A DNA stretch of 64,000 bases, from NCBI GenBank assembly GCA_009859145.1, contig VRVR01000009.1, positions 355,468 through 419,467 on the forward strand, written 5' to 3'. Source of the DNA: Andalucia godoyi And28. Taxonomy: Eukaryota > Protista > Jakobida. The position numbers were made by a program, and so were the translations under genes. Positions 49,927 to 60,477 of this stretch are shown here, one piece after another. Under the pieces are notes generated by a model. The model had not been told where the DNA came from. It worked only from the letters and a program-made list of their open reading frames with translations, and made no database searches. Within the stretch, counting starts at the first letter, position 1; every line of letters starts with the position of its first letter.

Positions 49927-50763
49927 CTAAGGACGAGCGGCACGGTTCTTCAGGATTGATTGACGAACTTCTTCTGCATGCGAGAGACTGTCGGTGTCAG
50001 GCAGCGGATGTGTGGCATTTCGAGCCACTGCCAGACAGTTTTCAAGGTCGTTCTTGGAAAGACTGTTGTTGCAAAAATCCAGAAGCAAAGAGTTCCATGA
50101 TTCTTCGAGATTGCTCGCACGTCGAAGATAATAGTATCGCGCACGCAAGATCTCATTCTGGAATCGCAGAAATGGAGAAATAAGCAGAGGTGGAAAAACG
50201 GAAGAGACGGAAACGAGGAGCGATGGAGCAAAAAAGATCCCTGTAGCTGAAGCAATTCCAGCCACTCCAGACGCGATCACGATATAAACCTCCAAGTCTC
50301 TTTGAAGAGCCTTTGCTTGTTCGAAGAGAGCGCCTTTGGATTCTTGCAAGTCGTTGTCAAATCCCTTGAATTGTGAATGGAGGTTCTTCTTCCACTCTGA
50401 CCATTGGGACACCATCAATTTCTTACTGTCTGCCTTTTCTTTTTGAAACTCGGTCACATCCTGGAAAACGTTCCTGCCGCCGTGGAGTCGTTTGTAATAG
50501 GATGCATCAGAGACATAGTCACGCGCCAGATTGCATTTGGTCTGCATCATCTCCTTGAGAGAAGCGATCACGTCGTCTCCATAAGCAACGTGCTCCGAGT
50601 TGCGCATTTCAGAATCCAACGAGTCAAACTTGTTGAGAAGTTGCCTGTACAAACGACTAGCATCAGAGTGTTCTTTTTGCCAAGCTTCGAGATAATCAGA
50701 TAACTGAATAGTGCTAATCGTAGAAGTGACAAGCGTTGACAACGCAGCAGTAGCTCTCAACAT
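49927..50763 (-). CDS. Helical-bundle/coiled-coil protein with one hydrophobic hairpin (candidate membrane effector)
   Basis: ATG at 50763. Amphipathic helices lead to a 41-aa uncharged stretch VYIVIASGVAGIASATGIFFAPSLLVSVSSVFPPLLISPFL. AATAAA lies just after the stop. Confidence 0.7.
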   Translation of the reverse strand: MLRATAALSTLVTSTISTIQLSDYLEAWQKEHSDASRLYRQLLNKFDSLDSEMRNSEHVAYGDDVIASLKEMMQTKCNLARDYVSDASYYKRLHGGRNVFQDVTEFQKEKADSKKLMVSQWSEWKKNLHSQFKGFDNDLQESKGALFEQAKALQRDLEVYIVIASGVAGIASATGIFFAPSLLVSVSSVFPPLLISPFLRFQNEILRARYYYLRRASNLEESWNSLLLDFCNNSLSKNDLENCLAVARNATHPLPDTDSLSHAEEVRQSILKNRAARP

Positions 50764-51031
50764 CTTGCTCGACGAGAACCGAAACGTCAACGTTTGCAAG
50801 CACACAGTGAAACCAGCTGAAATACATAAACCAGACAACGTAATCTTTTGGATTTTGGAAATAAAATCGCGTTCTGATTCGTGGCATTCGCACGCAATCA
50901 GCGTACCTCGGCGTTGATTCCAATACAAGGATCTCAAGGAAGGTCTGGTTGGATCGTGAACACGTCAGAATCAGAGTCTGGAAATCAAAGAGCTCGTGAT
51001 GGAAGAGCATACCCGTCCCACTTTTTTGGTT

Positions 51032-52366
51032 CTACCGCGTGGTCGCCCGCAGATGGCGCAACAGAAAATAAAGACGTGAAAAGACCCATGCTGAAACGGC
51101 TCTCAGATGATGTATGAATGAAGGAAAGGAGAAAGAAGGACAAGGAAGCCAAAACATAGTAGAAATGTCAAGTATGGGATTCTGCACCTGCACGATTTTG
51201 CAGAAGATCGAGAATTTTACGTGTACAGCAGGCGAACTAATAAAGTTCAAAAAAAAAATAAAATCCCTCAACAACAGACATGAAGTCCCATATCGAAAGG
51301 CCGAAAGAATATCTGCAATATCTGCCGCCAAACGATAACGAGCAGCAAGCCGCTGTCGTTCATGCTGTGTACGTAAAGGCACCTGCGGCTTAAACTTGGC
51401 AAACATATCTACTTGCTGATCATATGGATCGGCCAAACAGGAATAGGAAGCACATTTGAACAAACAAAGGAGGGTACGAATGAGCACTCTTTCGTACAGA
51501 TAGCTCTTGTCGGCAAGAGGAAAGTCGGCAATGGATGCCAACACTGCTTGCTTGATGGAAAATGAAGAAACTTGCCTCCAAAACGCACGTTTCTGCACAT
51601 TTCGCAGATGCTTCACGGTACGAATCACGTCGTGAAAAGCAGGGAACGACTGTCAAAAGGAAGACCATAAGATTCGATGATAAGGTTAGGCAAAAACAGC
51701 AAAGAGACATACGTTGACAGCAACGACGGTGGAACGATGCTCATCATCAAGATGACAATCGTCCCATGCACTGTCGTTTTTGCGTGAAGGAACTTTCCAT
51801 TTCCCATCCTTCACAATTGCGGGCAGCAAGTCGTACTCGAATCCTTCCGTGTTCTCGACTTCGACGGAGACGCGGTTTCGGATCGCGCTGCGAATTCCAT
51901 CCTGCTCACGGACAAATGATGCAAACTGCTTCAATACGGTGCGGGAAGCCGGTTCTGGAGCAGAAGACTCCAACATGATACGACAGAGTAGATCCACATC
52001 CGATCCAGAGGGGACGTCCAGGCCCTGAATCGAACTGCCGGCTAGCTTGATCCCTCCCGTCAACTTATAATTCTTCTGAAGAAACTTTTTTGTCAAATTG
52101 CGCTCTGCAACAGGACGACTGGGAGAAAGAATGCGTCTCATGCGGTCTACGAGCTCGCTACGTGCTTGCTGTTGCTCGGGTCCCAGGCGAAGACGACTCG
52201 ACACAGGCTTCAGACGCTCTCGAAGAGACTTCAAAACATCGATTGACACTGAATTTTGAAAGTCGTCAGCAAACATTCGACACTTTGCTAGGAATTCATC
52301 CACATGAGCTTCCACATTCTGGAAATCGTTCGCAAACCGGCGACACTCCTCTGAAAATGGCACCAT
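51032..52366 (-). CDS. Stand-alone CD-NTase/SMODS/OAS-like nucleotidyltransferase, two exons (52366-51713, 51649-51032; 3' end uncertain)
   Basis: AGSSIQGLDVPSGSDVDLL and EYDLLPA. Splicing gives AVN/SFPAFHDVIRTVKHLR...SSFSIKQ...CLADPY. Confidence 0.85.
51650..51712 (-). other. Spliceosomal intron (63 nt)
   Basis: GTATGT donor, CCTAAC branch motif, CAG acceptor. Removing it joins the 52396 and 51628 ORFs in frame. Confidence 0.9.
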
Positions 52367-52562
52367 TTTGTGACGTTGCGATATAGAGGGAAGCAAAACG
52401 CCGAAGTCTTTGTTTTAGGTCAGAAGAATTTCCGTCAACCTGGCTGCTCTCTCTGCTTTGGACTCTCGGTGATTCGGATCCCGGGATCCTTTCGCTACAC
52501 CAGGTTCTCCGATGGAATTGAGCTGCTGTGGACAGAGCTTTCATTTCTTACAAACATCACGT

Positions 52563-55500
52563 TTATTGTGACATATAGCGACTCTTGCATCTCTTGAAGA
52601 GGTCCAGCGCATTAGAAGGTGAAAGAGCTATCCAAGAGTCTAACAGCTCAATGTACGCCTCCTTGGTAGACCGATTTTCTTCTTCTCGAAGACGACGCAG
52701 CACATCTGAATCGGGATCATTGGGAGCTGGAAACCTCGCGGCAGTACCCGTCCTTTGGAGAGAGGCAAGGATGACGCGAAGACATCCCTGAAACAGCTCC
52801 ATGAACGTCTTTGAATTCCAAGCTTCAGCGAGGATATTGGATGAAAAGGCTATTGCTGCTTGCTCGAACGCACATGAGGGTATCTGAAGGTTCAAATGAT
52901 GTGCCTCCATTTTGTTCACCAGCTTCAAAACCTTGATGACATCACAAAAACCTTTGTAAAACTTATTTAGTTCCTCAATCTCTCTGCGAGCGGAAATATT
53001 CCGCGACGTTTTGAATTTTCCCTCTTTCCCATCGAGAAGGAGGAACATACCAGTCGAGGTCTGCAAAGCGGGTAGCACATCCACTTGCGCAACGTCGGAG
53101 TTGTGTGGATCTCGAAGTGACACCGAGAATCGAATCTTGCCGTCTCTACGACAACTTTCCAAAACAACCATTTCACTACCTTCAGATTGCTCCTGAAGGA
53201 CATTACGCAATGCATGAGCAACAATGTTTCCGAGCAGTATTACTTCCGCCAGCTGCACGGGTTTGTTAGCTGGATGAGGCCATGTTGCACTCATTAAGGA
53301 GGCATTGTACTCAACACGTGCGGCGAGATCCGAGTTCAAAATCACCACCATATCCATATCAGGATCGAAGAGAGCCGTTTGATTTCCGATACTACCACAC
53401 AATTCGCTTTTCGGCACCAAGTTCAAAGAAGGTAATTCGTTGGAACGTGCTTGGAATAGAGTGGCCCAAGTAGAGCAAATCGCAGTACTTAACGATTCGA
53501 AGAACCTGTTGAAACGACGAAGCCGACTGTTTAGAAGGCTCTCGTCTGACTTGAGTTGAGACGCAAAGTTCCACAAGTCGATATCCTCTCTGGTTTTTCC
53601 CAGACGAATGGAACTGAGCAGATTTTGTATTGCATTCGAACTCTCTTGCAGAAAACGTGACGCATGCTCCCGTGGATTAGCATCTTGTAGGAACGCCTTT
53701 GACCGAATAGAAATGTGTTCTGAACCAATGTCATTCGGTGAGCCTCCAGAAAATGGAGTTGTGTCTCCAGAAGGTGCGGAGTTTGGACGCAAGGAACGCT
53801 CTGTCCTCTGAGCATGACCACCGCCAAACATTGAAGTAGGCTCATATACACCGTCAACCAGCACCACTTCCTCACACGACAGCACAGATTTCGACATCGG
53901 ATCCTGTTTCAGAAAAGCGTCCAAAAGCTCAACGAAATCCGGTACTTCCGTCGCATGAGGGTCAGACAGGATATCAAAATGGAAAATGGACGAGACTCCT
54001 TCCTCACGATCCAGCCGAATTCTGCATTGCACAGAGCTGCTAGAATAGCCCACTATCACGTCCAGACCGAATGCCGGGGGATGGCCACGGGAAAACAAAG
54101 GAAACAATAAAGAATGAGTTCCCAAGTACGTTATGAACCGCCAGAAATGCAGATCCGTCACAACACCGTCAAACATTCCAGTCAAGACTCCATCCCCAAC
54201 ACATCGAACTGAAAGCGAAACCGGAGCAGCCGCAGCAGAGTTGGAGCATATCGACTTCCAGCGAGTGTCAAGAGTATCCTGAGCATGCGAGTGCAGATCG
54301 CAATGACGGTACCACTGAGGGAAAAATACAAGTTTGGATTCTTGGTCCATTGGAACCACAACGCCAAGCGTGACCAACATCCCAATAACCTGTTCCGCAA
54401 CTAACCTGTGAGAATCAGCAGGGCAAAACTTGTTGGTCCGAAGATGCTCTTCCAGATTGGTTTTCGCAATTTCAAACTGAACAATACCCGCATTCTCCAA
54501 CAAATCCTTGTAGACAACACTCTTGCTATGACCAACATGCTGCAGTCCGCCTTTTCCATCGGTTGGTGGAATTAGTTGAGCACACGTACGGATGAAGACA
54601 TCGGGTCGCAACACGATCATGTGTCCATCCGACGAACATGCAAAGAAACATCCGAGCGCGACTAGATCATCAAAACAGCTCTTCACCTCGGCATTGGTCT
54701 TGCACACACTGGCAATGCCAGGAATTCGATCGCGAATGCTGTCTACTGCGAGAATTACATCTTTGCAATCCCTGCACATCTGCTCGAGAACAAGGTTCCG
54801 CAGAAGAACCTTTGGCAATCGACGATGAAAGTCTTCAATCGTTTTCGAGAGCCACTCCATCATTGGCTTCTGACCGTTCTTCCGCTGACGCCTGTCGTTT
54901 TCCACAACGATAAACCATCGATCATTTGAAAATTGTCGAATTTCAAAGAATGCATTGAACTGAGGTTTCTTGAGAACCTTTCCCAAACACGCATTGCAGG
55001 CATCCAGAAACGTCTTCTGCCAGTTCCATTCTCGGGACGAAAGAGAACAACGAACCTTTTCCCACCAAAAAGTAGCATACGAGTTACCATGCGTGCCGAT
55101 GAGAACCACCTTCGACATCAATTTCTGTTCCTTGGAAGCATGGCACGCACCAAGATTGGCAATGATGCGCAGCCACGAAATGATATTACTCTCGATTGCC
55201 TTCTCCAGTGTCCCGGTTTGATGGGCAACATAAAGATCGCGTAGGCTAAACACACAAAAGTACAGAGATTGCTTGCCGAAGAAGAGCGGATCAAACACGC
55301 GAAATACGTTCTGACCGGCGAAATCAAGAACGCTCACTGATAGCGTGTCTCCATCCAGATCTGTCAATACTCGAGCGGTGACGTCGATGCGTTCGCGAGC
55401 AGTGACTTTTTCGCGAGCAACATTCGGCGATGGTTGCCAGGAGGAGGGAGTGACGATCGATTCAGCGACATCCTCAACCTCACCTTCTGCATCAGCAACT

Positions 55501-56975
55501 TGCGGTGAAGCTGGCGAGATCACAGGTAATTCCACTGTACTCGGTTGCAGGGTGGAGGAACCATCAGTATTTCGAAGTGGCGACCTCAACTCTTGTATCT
55601 GCTCTGCGACATATCGATTCATCAGCCGTGACAGCAACGTTGTTTGCTTACCCTCTGTTGAATCTGTCCACACATGTTTTCGTATGGATATCTCGAGCGT
55701 TCGCACATCACCAACTTCCGTGGATTTCTCCGTGGGATCAAACAGTGTTCCACCAGATGACAGATTCTTGATCAGACTCGTCTTTCCCACTCGTGCATCT
55801 CCAACGACCAGCAGACGCACGCGCGATGATCGAGTCCAAACATGGTCCTCAATGTCGATCTCGGAAACATCAATCCGCACTTCCCTTGTACTAGGAATGG
55901 GAAATGCCAGCGGACGCGATGCATCAACGTCATCCAGTAGAGATCCATTCGACAACACATTGGTTTCTGCTTCCACGGAATGCACAACATTGTTGCGCAC
56001 GAGATACCCGGCAGACGACAGCTTAATATCGAACCCGGATTCGGACGACATGGAAGACACTGCGCGGCAACGAGCACTCACACCACAATCAGCTGCAGAA
56101 ATGAGATGCATGATTTCTGTTGATTTTTCAACATTGCCTCCAATTGCAAGAATGCGATTGTCAATGCACACCGCTGCTCCATACGATTGTAAGACATTCA
56201 AATCTGGACCAGGAAATCACTTGTTCATTCGAGGCTCGTAAATCTCGACGTTCCTACGCCCATTTCCTCCAATGGTATAGATTAAACCATGGACAATCAC
56301 TGCAGAATGTCCAGACCGACGCATACTCATCGACGCCACAAACGACCACTTTCCCTCTCGAAGATCCACCCTCTCAACACTGGAGAGCCCAACAACAACC
56401 GAGTATCCACCAATCGCATAAATGCATTCGTGCATGTGATCAGCCACAGATGCAAACTGCTTACGACCCACATTCATGGAATTCAATTCGAGTTCCCATT
56501 GGCTGTTCTGCGGATGGAACGTCTCAACAGAAAAGCGGTTGTCCGGCAAGGAATTCCCGCCAAGAACGTAGATGCGTCCATTCAAGGATACTGCACAATG
56601 GCTGGTACGAAAAACCCGCAATTTGGGACCAAGGAGTCTCCACTGTCCATCGGCACCATCTTCAAGACGGTACACATCTTTTCCTCCAACACAGAAAATG
56701 GCGCCATTGAGTTCAACGGCCGTCCAGGAGTGAGGAAAATTATCATTCAGAGACGGATCTCTCGTCCACCTCCATACCGAAACATCGCTCGACGTGGTCG
56801 TATCGAGGATCTCGACTTGACCACCATTGCCGATCGCATAAACACGACCATTTGGTTTCACAACTGCAGACCAGTAAGTTTGAATCGTCTGTAAACGTGG
56901 CCCAGGCATCCAAACTCCATGGGATTCATCTCGTCGATTCACTTCTTTCCACAGCTGCACCAAATTCTCAGTCAT
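52563..56975 (-). CDS. Kelch propeller - Roc - COR - CD-NTase/OAS-like fusion with one in-frame TGA (56217-56219)
   Basis: Six Kelch blades (GG...W). Roc LLVVGDARVGKT, DFAGQ and VVLIGTH, then COR-like helices. NTase CGSIGNQTALFDPDMDMVV, VDVLPA, FCDVIKVLK, PSCAFEQ and PNDP. The two ORFs are in the same frame, separated by TGA plus FPGPD. Confidence 0.85.
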
Positions 56976-57213
56976 TGCACTGTACGCGGGTCAAGAGCGC
57001 ACTGCTCCAGCACCAGAAATCACCGCCAATCCGAATCGTTGAGAGAAGTATCGATCCTCAAAGCGAGAGGATCAAATCCCTCTATTGTCGTGTAAATAAT
57101 ATGACTACAAGCTCACGAATCAGAGCGAATATCGCTTTCCAACAAGGAGATGAGGGCTCTGGTCATTCTCCAGAAAAGAAGCTGAAAATGCCAAGAGGGA
57201 AACCTCAAAGAGC

Positions 57214-60200
57214 AATGACTGCCCGACTCAGGGCACGCACTTTTTCCCCTTGAGTCGACGGTCCCAAAAATGTCAGCGTCCGGCCTCAATTCCTTCCAAA
57301 AACACCACCAACAATGTGCTGCAGCAAAAGTCGGCCGAGTCCGTGGACTCTGTGCCTCTGCGCCGCGGATCGGTAGCAATAAATATCTCGAGCAACAGAC
57401 AACCGCGCCTTATCGAACATGAGCAACTTATCCGACGCAGCTCCGTCTGTCGAACACGATGACGAGTTTGATCCGTTTACGATATTACAAGTATCTGCGA
57501 GTGGTACAGTAGCAGTTCCCGATGTTACCGTGTCGTGCAAACTGCAGGTCATTGGATTGAATGGCTGGTACCCCGAGTGCTGGGATGTTTCCAGGCGAAC
57601 CGTTTCTGCGGATACCTACTCGCAGCATCTCTTGAAGGCAGTCTCCCTTGTCTCTGTGGATCTGCTACAAGGCGCTCTCAAGCCAAAAGGAATGCCCGAG
57701 AAAACATGGAAGCTGGACATCAGAGGAGATTCCTCTGATCCCACCGCCGCGAATAGTGTTGCAAGGCCGACCGTTGTTTCCCATCAAGCGTATATCTGCC
57801 TTTCAAGAATGCTGGAGTGTTTGTGGACCTCCATCGACTACAGAACGGGCGGCAAGCCCACGAAACGACGCGGGGGCGACGTGGAGTATTGGGTGTGTCC
57901 GTTTGGAAGAGAATCTCGGAAAAGCAAGGAAGGAGTGAAGGGCCTTCGGGCACTTGACAGAAGACACAAGGATTGCGGATGTCCTGTGACATATCGGGTC
58001 TACGAGCTGCCTGCAGTGGCATCGACAGAGGATCATCCAATCAGCATCGTGTACGAAATGGGTGTTCACAATCACAATCCGCTATCGACTCAACACTTGC
58101 AAACAAACAGTATTGATAACCGGCTTCAACAGCAAATTATCAAATACGCAGAACAGGGACTTCCCGCAGCTCAAATTCACAAGCTGGTGTTGACGAGCGC
58201 ATTGTCTGCTGTCGGAAATGTTCGCAGAGACGGGATTGACATGTTCTATGATCAGCGACTGTTTCCATCGTACGATTCGATCGTTAAGATCATCAATAGA
58301 AGAAGATTGACAAGTCGCTCAGATGACAGGCGGTTCGTGGAGCGAATTGCCGCTGAATTGCCTCAAAATGTTTTCATCGACAGCATGTTCGAAAAGACTC
58401 CGGATGGCAAGATCACATCCCACCTGGTTCTGCGGGTGGGAAGTCCTGTGTGCAATGAGAGCCTGAAAAGACTGATGCCTGGAGGACTAGTGCTGATAGA
58501 CTCCACTCACAATCTGAATGATTACGCCTACCAAGTGTTCACTGTGATGGGTATTGATCCCCGCACACTCGAATCTCGAGTCCTCGAGCACTTGATTACG
58601 TCGTCTGCGGATTGCGAGACGTTGGAGCGCTGGTTACGAAGTTTGGCAGAACGAGCTCAGGGGACACCTGCCGAGGTTATTGAGGATAAGTGTCGAACGC
58701 AGACTCCGGCAATAGAAAAGGCTTGGCCAGAAACGCACATTCACTACTGTTACTTTCACAGTATGAAGACCTTTCGAGAAGAGTTCACCAAAGCTGGCGA
58801 GCAGCAGAGGCAACAGCTGTTGTCTTGGCTGCGGCGCATATACTATTCCAGAGATCCCCAGGTTTTGTCCGAGAACGTTTTCCACTTGGAAGCGTTCTTG
58901 GAACGAAACAATCTCAAGGACTGGAAACAGTACTGGGAATCCAACTGGGCGAATTGCCTGTCACGTTGGACTCGTTGCCACTCGATATTCAAATTTGTTG
59001 GTACGAACAACCACCTAGAGTCTTACCACAAAACTCTGAAGCACGCGAAAAAGGCGGCAGGTGGACGGCGGATATTGGCTGTTTTTGATTGCGTTGTCCT
59101 GTTGCTACAGCAGCAATTTTGGAACAACAACAAAATCTTGGAAAGGGCTACAAACCATTATCAGAAGAGTCACCTCGAAGACTTCAGACGACGGATGACC
59201 AAAAGTTTCGGAAATGCTCGCTGGTGGGCAGTACGCAAGCTGCTTGTCGACAGAGGACAATGGTGTCAAACTATTCTTCGTTGCCAAATACAAAACAGAT
59301 TTTGAACAAAATGAGAACCTTGAGGAAACGCAGGAGGAAAACGATATTCAGGACAACGTGAAAGAGGTCTACGAAGTGCGTTTGGGAGACGGAGTATGTG
59401 CGTGCACGTGTCCCGCGTTTGTTGAAAAGGAGATTCCGTGGTGCAAACACATGGCGTTCTGCGCCGCTGAGGATAGTATCGACGTCTTGTACTATCCTTC
59501 TCCTCAGGACAATATGCAGACAGTGGTGGACGAGATGCTCAAATGGGCACAGCGGGAGAACGGAACCATGGGTGAGAACAACGGACGTATACCGATCGGT
59601 GAGCGCATATTTGGCCCATTGGAATGGCCAGCAGCACTCCAGAGAGGGTGGTCAAGTCGACGAAGAGCAGGCAGAAGCGCCAGTTGAAGATGCAGGACCC
59701 TCTGGTTCAGGTACGTTTCAGACTCTGGCACATCAAGATGTGTGGAATGCACGGGAAAGAGCTCGAGGAAACTTGCAACGGCTCACTAGAGAACTCAGTG
59801 TGATTGACATGCAGGCTCCGAGTGTGCTTGGTTACCTTGATGATCTGGACCGCACACTGTCCGCGCAAACAGTGCCGCCCTCACTTCATCTACCAGTCGC
59901 TTCTAATTGTCATGGGTGTATTCGTCCAGCAGCCGGTTTTGAACGTACGGAAAAGAAACGTGGAAGAAAGAAAGCAGATCAAAGTGAGGAGCTTGTAAGG
60001 TGGAATGCCGATTTGAATGTCGACGAGATGTGCAGGGCGTGGACCGAAAGAGGGGAGGCAACACAAGCTCGAGCCCCGTCAAAGAAGAAGCGCCGAGCAG
60101 AAGCGTTTTCTCAGCTTGCTTCACCAGGCAACGAACAAAGAAATCAACAGGAAAAACAAGGGTTTAACGGTGGTGATGCGGCGGGAAACGCCGAGAGCAC

Positions 60201-60304
60201 CCTGGATCAAATTGTCAGTGACAATTGATGCTAAGTGTCAGTGTAAAATGCGACTTGAGTCGCCAAAAGGAAAAAAAGTGCGTGCCCAGAGTCGGGCTCT
60301 CATT
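57214..60304 (+). mobile_element. Mutator-like (MULE) DNA transposon with terminal inverted repeats
   Basis: TIR core GCCCGACTC[A/T]GGGCACGCACTTTTT at 57221-57245 and inverted at 60273-60297 (24/25 identical). A weaker match extends to 57214/60304. The TIRs enclose a MULE transposase. Confidence 0.85.
57419..60228 (+). pseudogene. MULE DDE transposase with SWIM zinc finger, two frameshifts
   Basis: VLIDSTHNLN, EDKC, YCYFH and TNNHLESYHKTLK. SWIM CACTCPAF...WCKHM lies in the next frame, and the C-terminal part is in a third frame. Confidence 0.85.
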
Positions 60305-60477
60305 ATCGTAAAGGCAGGTAATCTTGCCGGTTTTTTTCCAACGCTTCGCTTTTATTTTTTCTCACTTATTTTTGTTTGTTTTTCATTTTTTCAAAATATT
60401 ATCGAGGTAAATGGATTCAGTTTCGAGCGGAGAACAATAATTACATCTCAAATGGCTTTCCTGGCGAATGAGAATCA

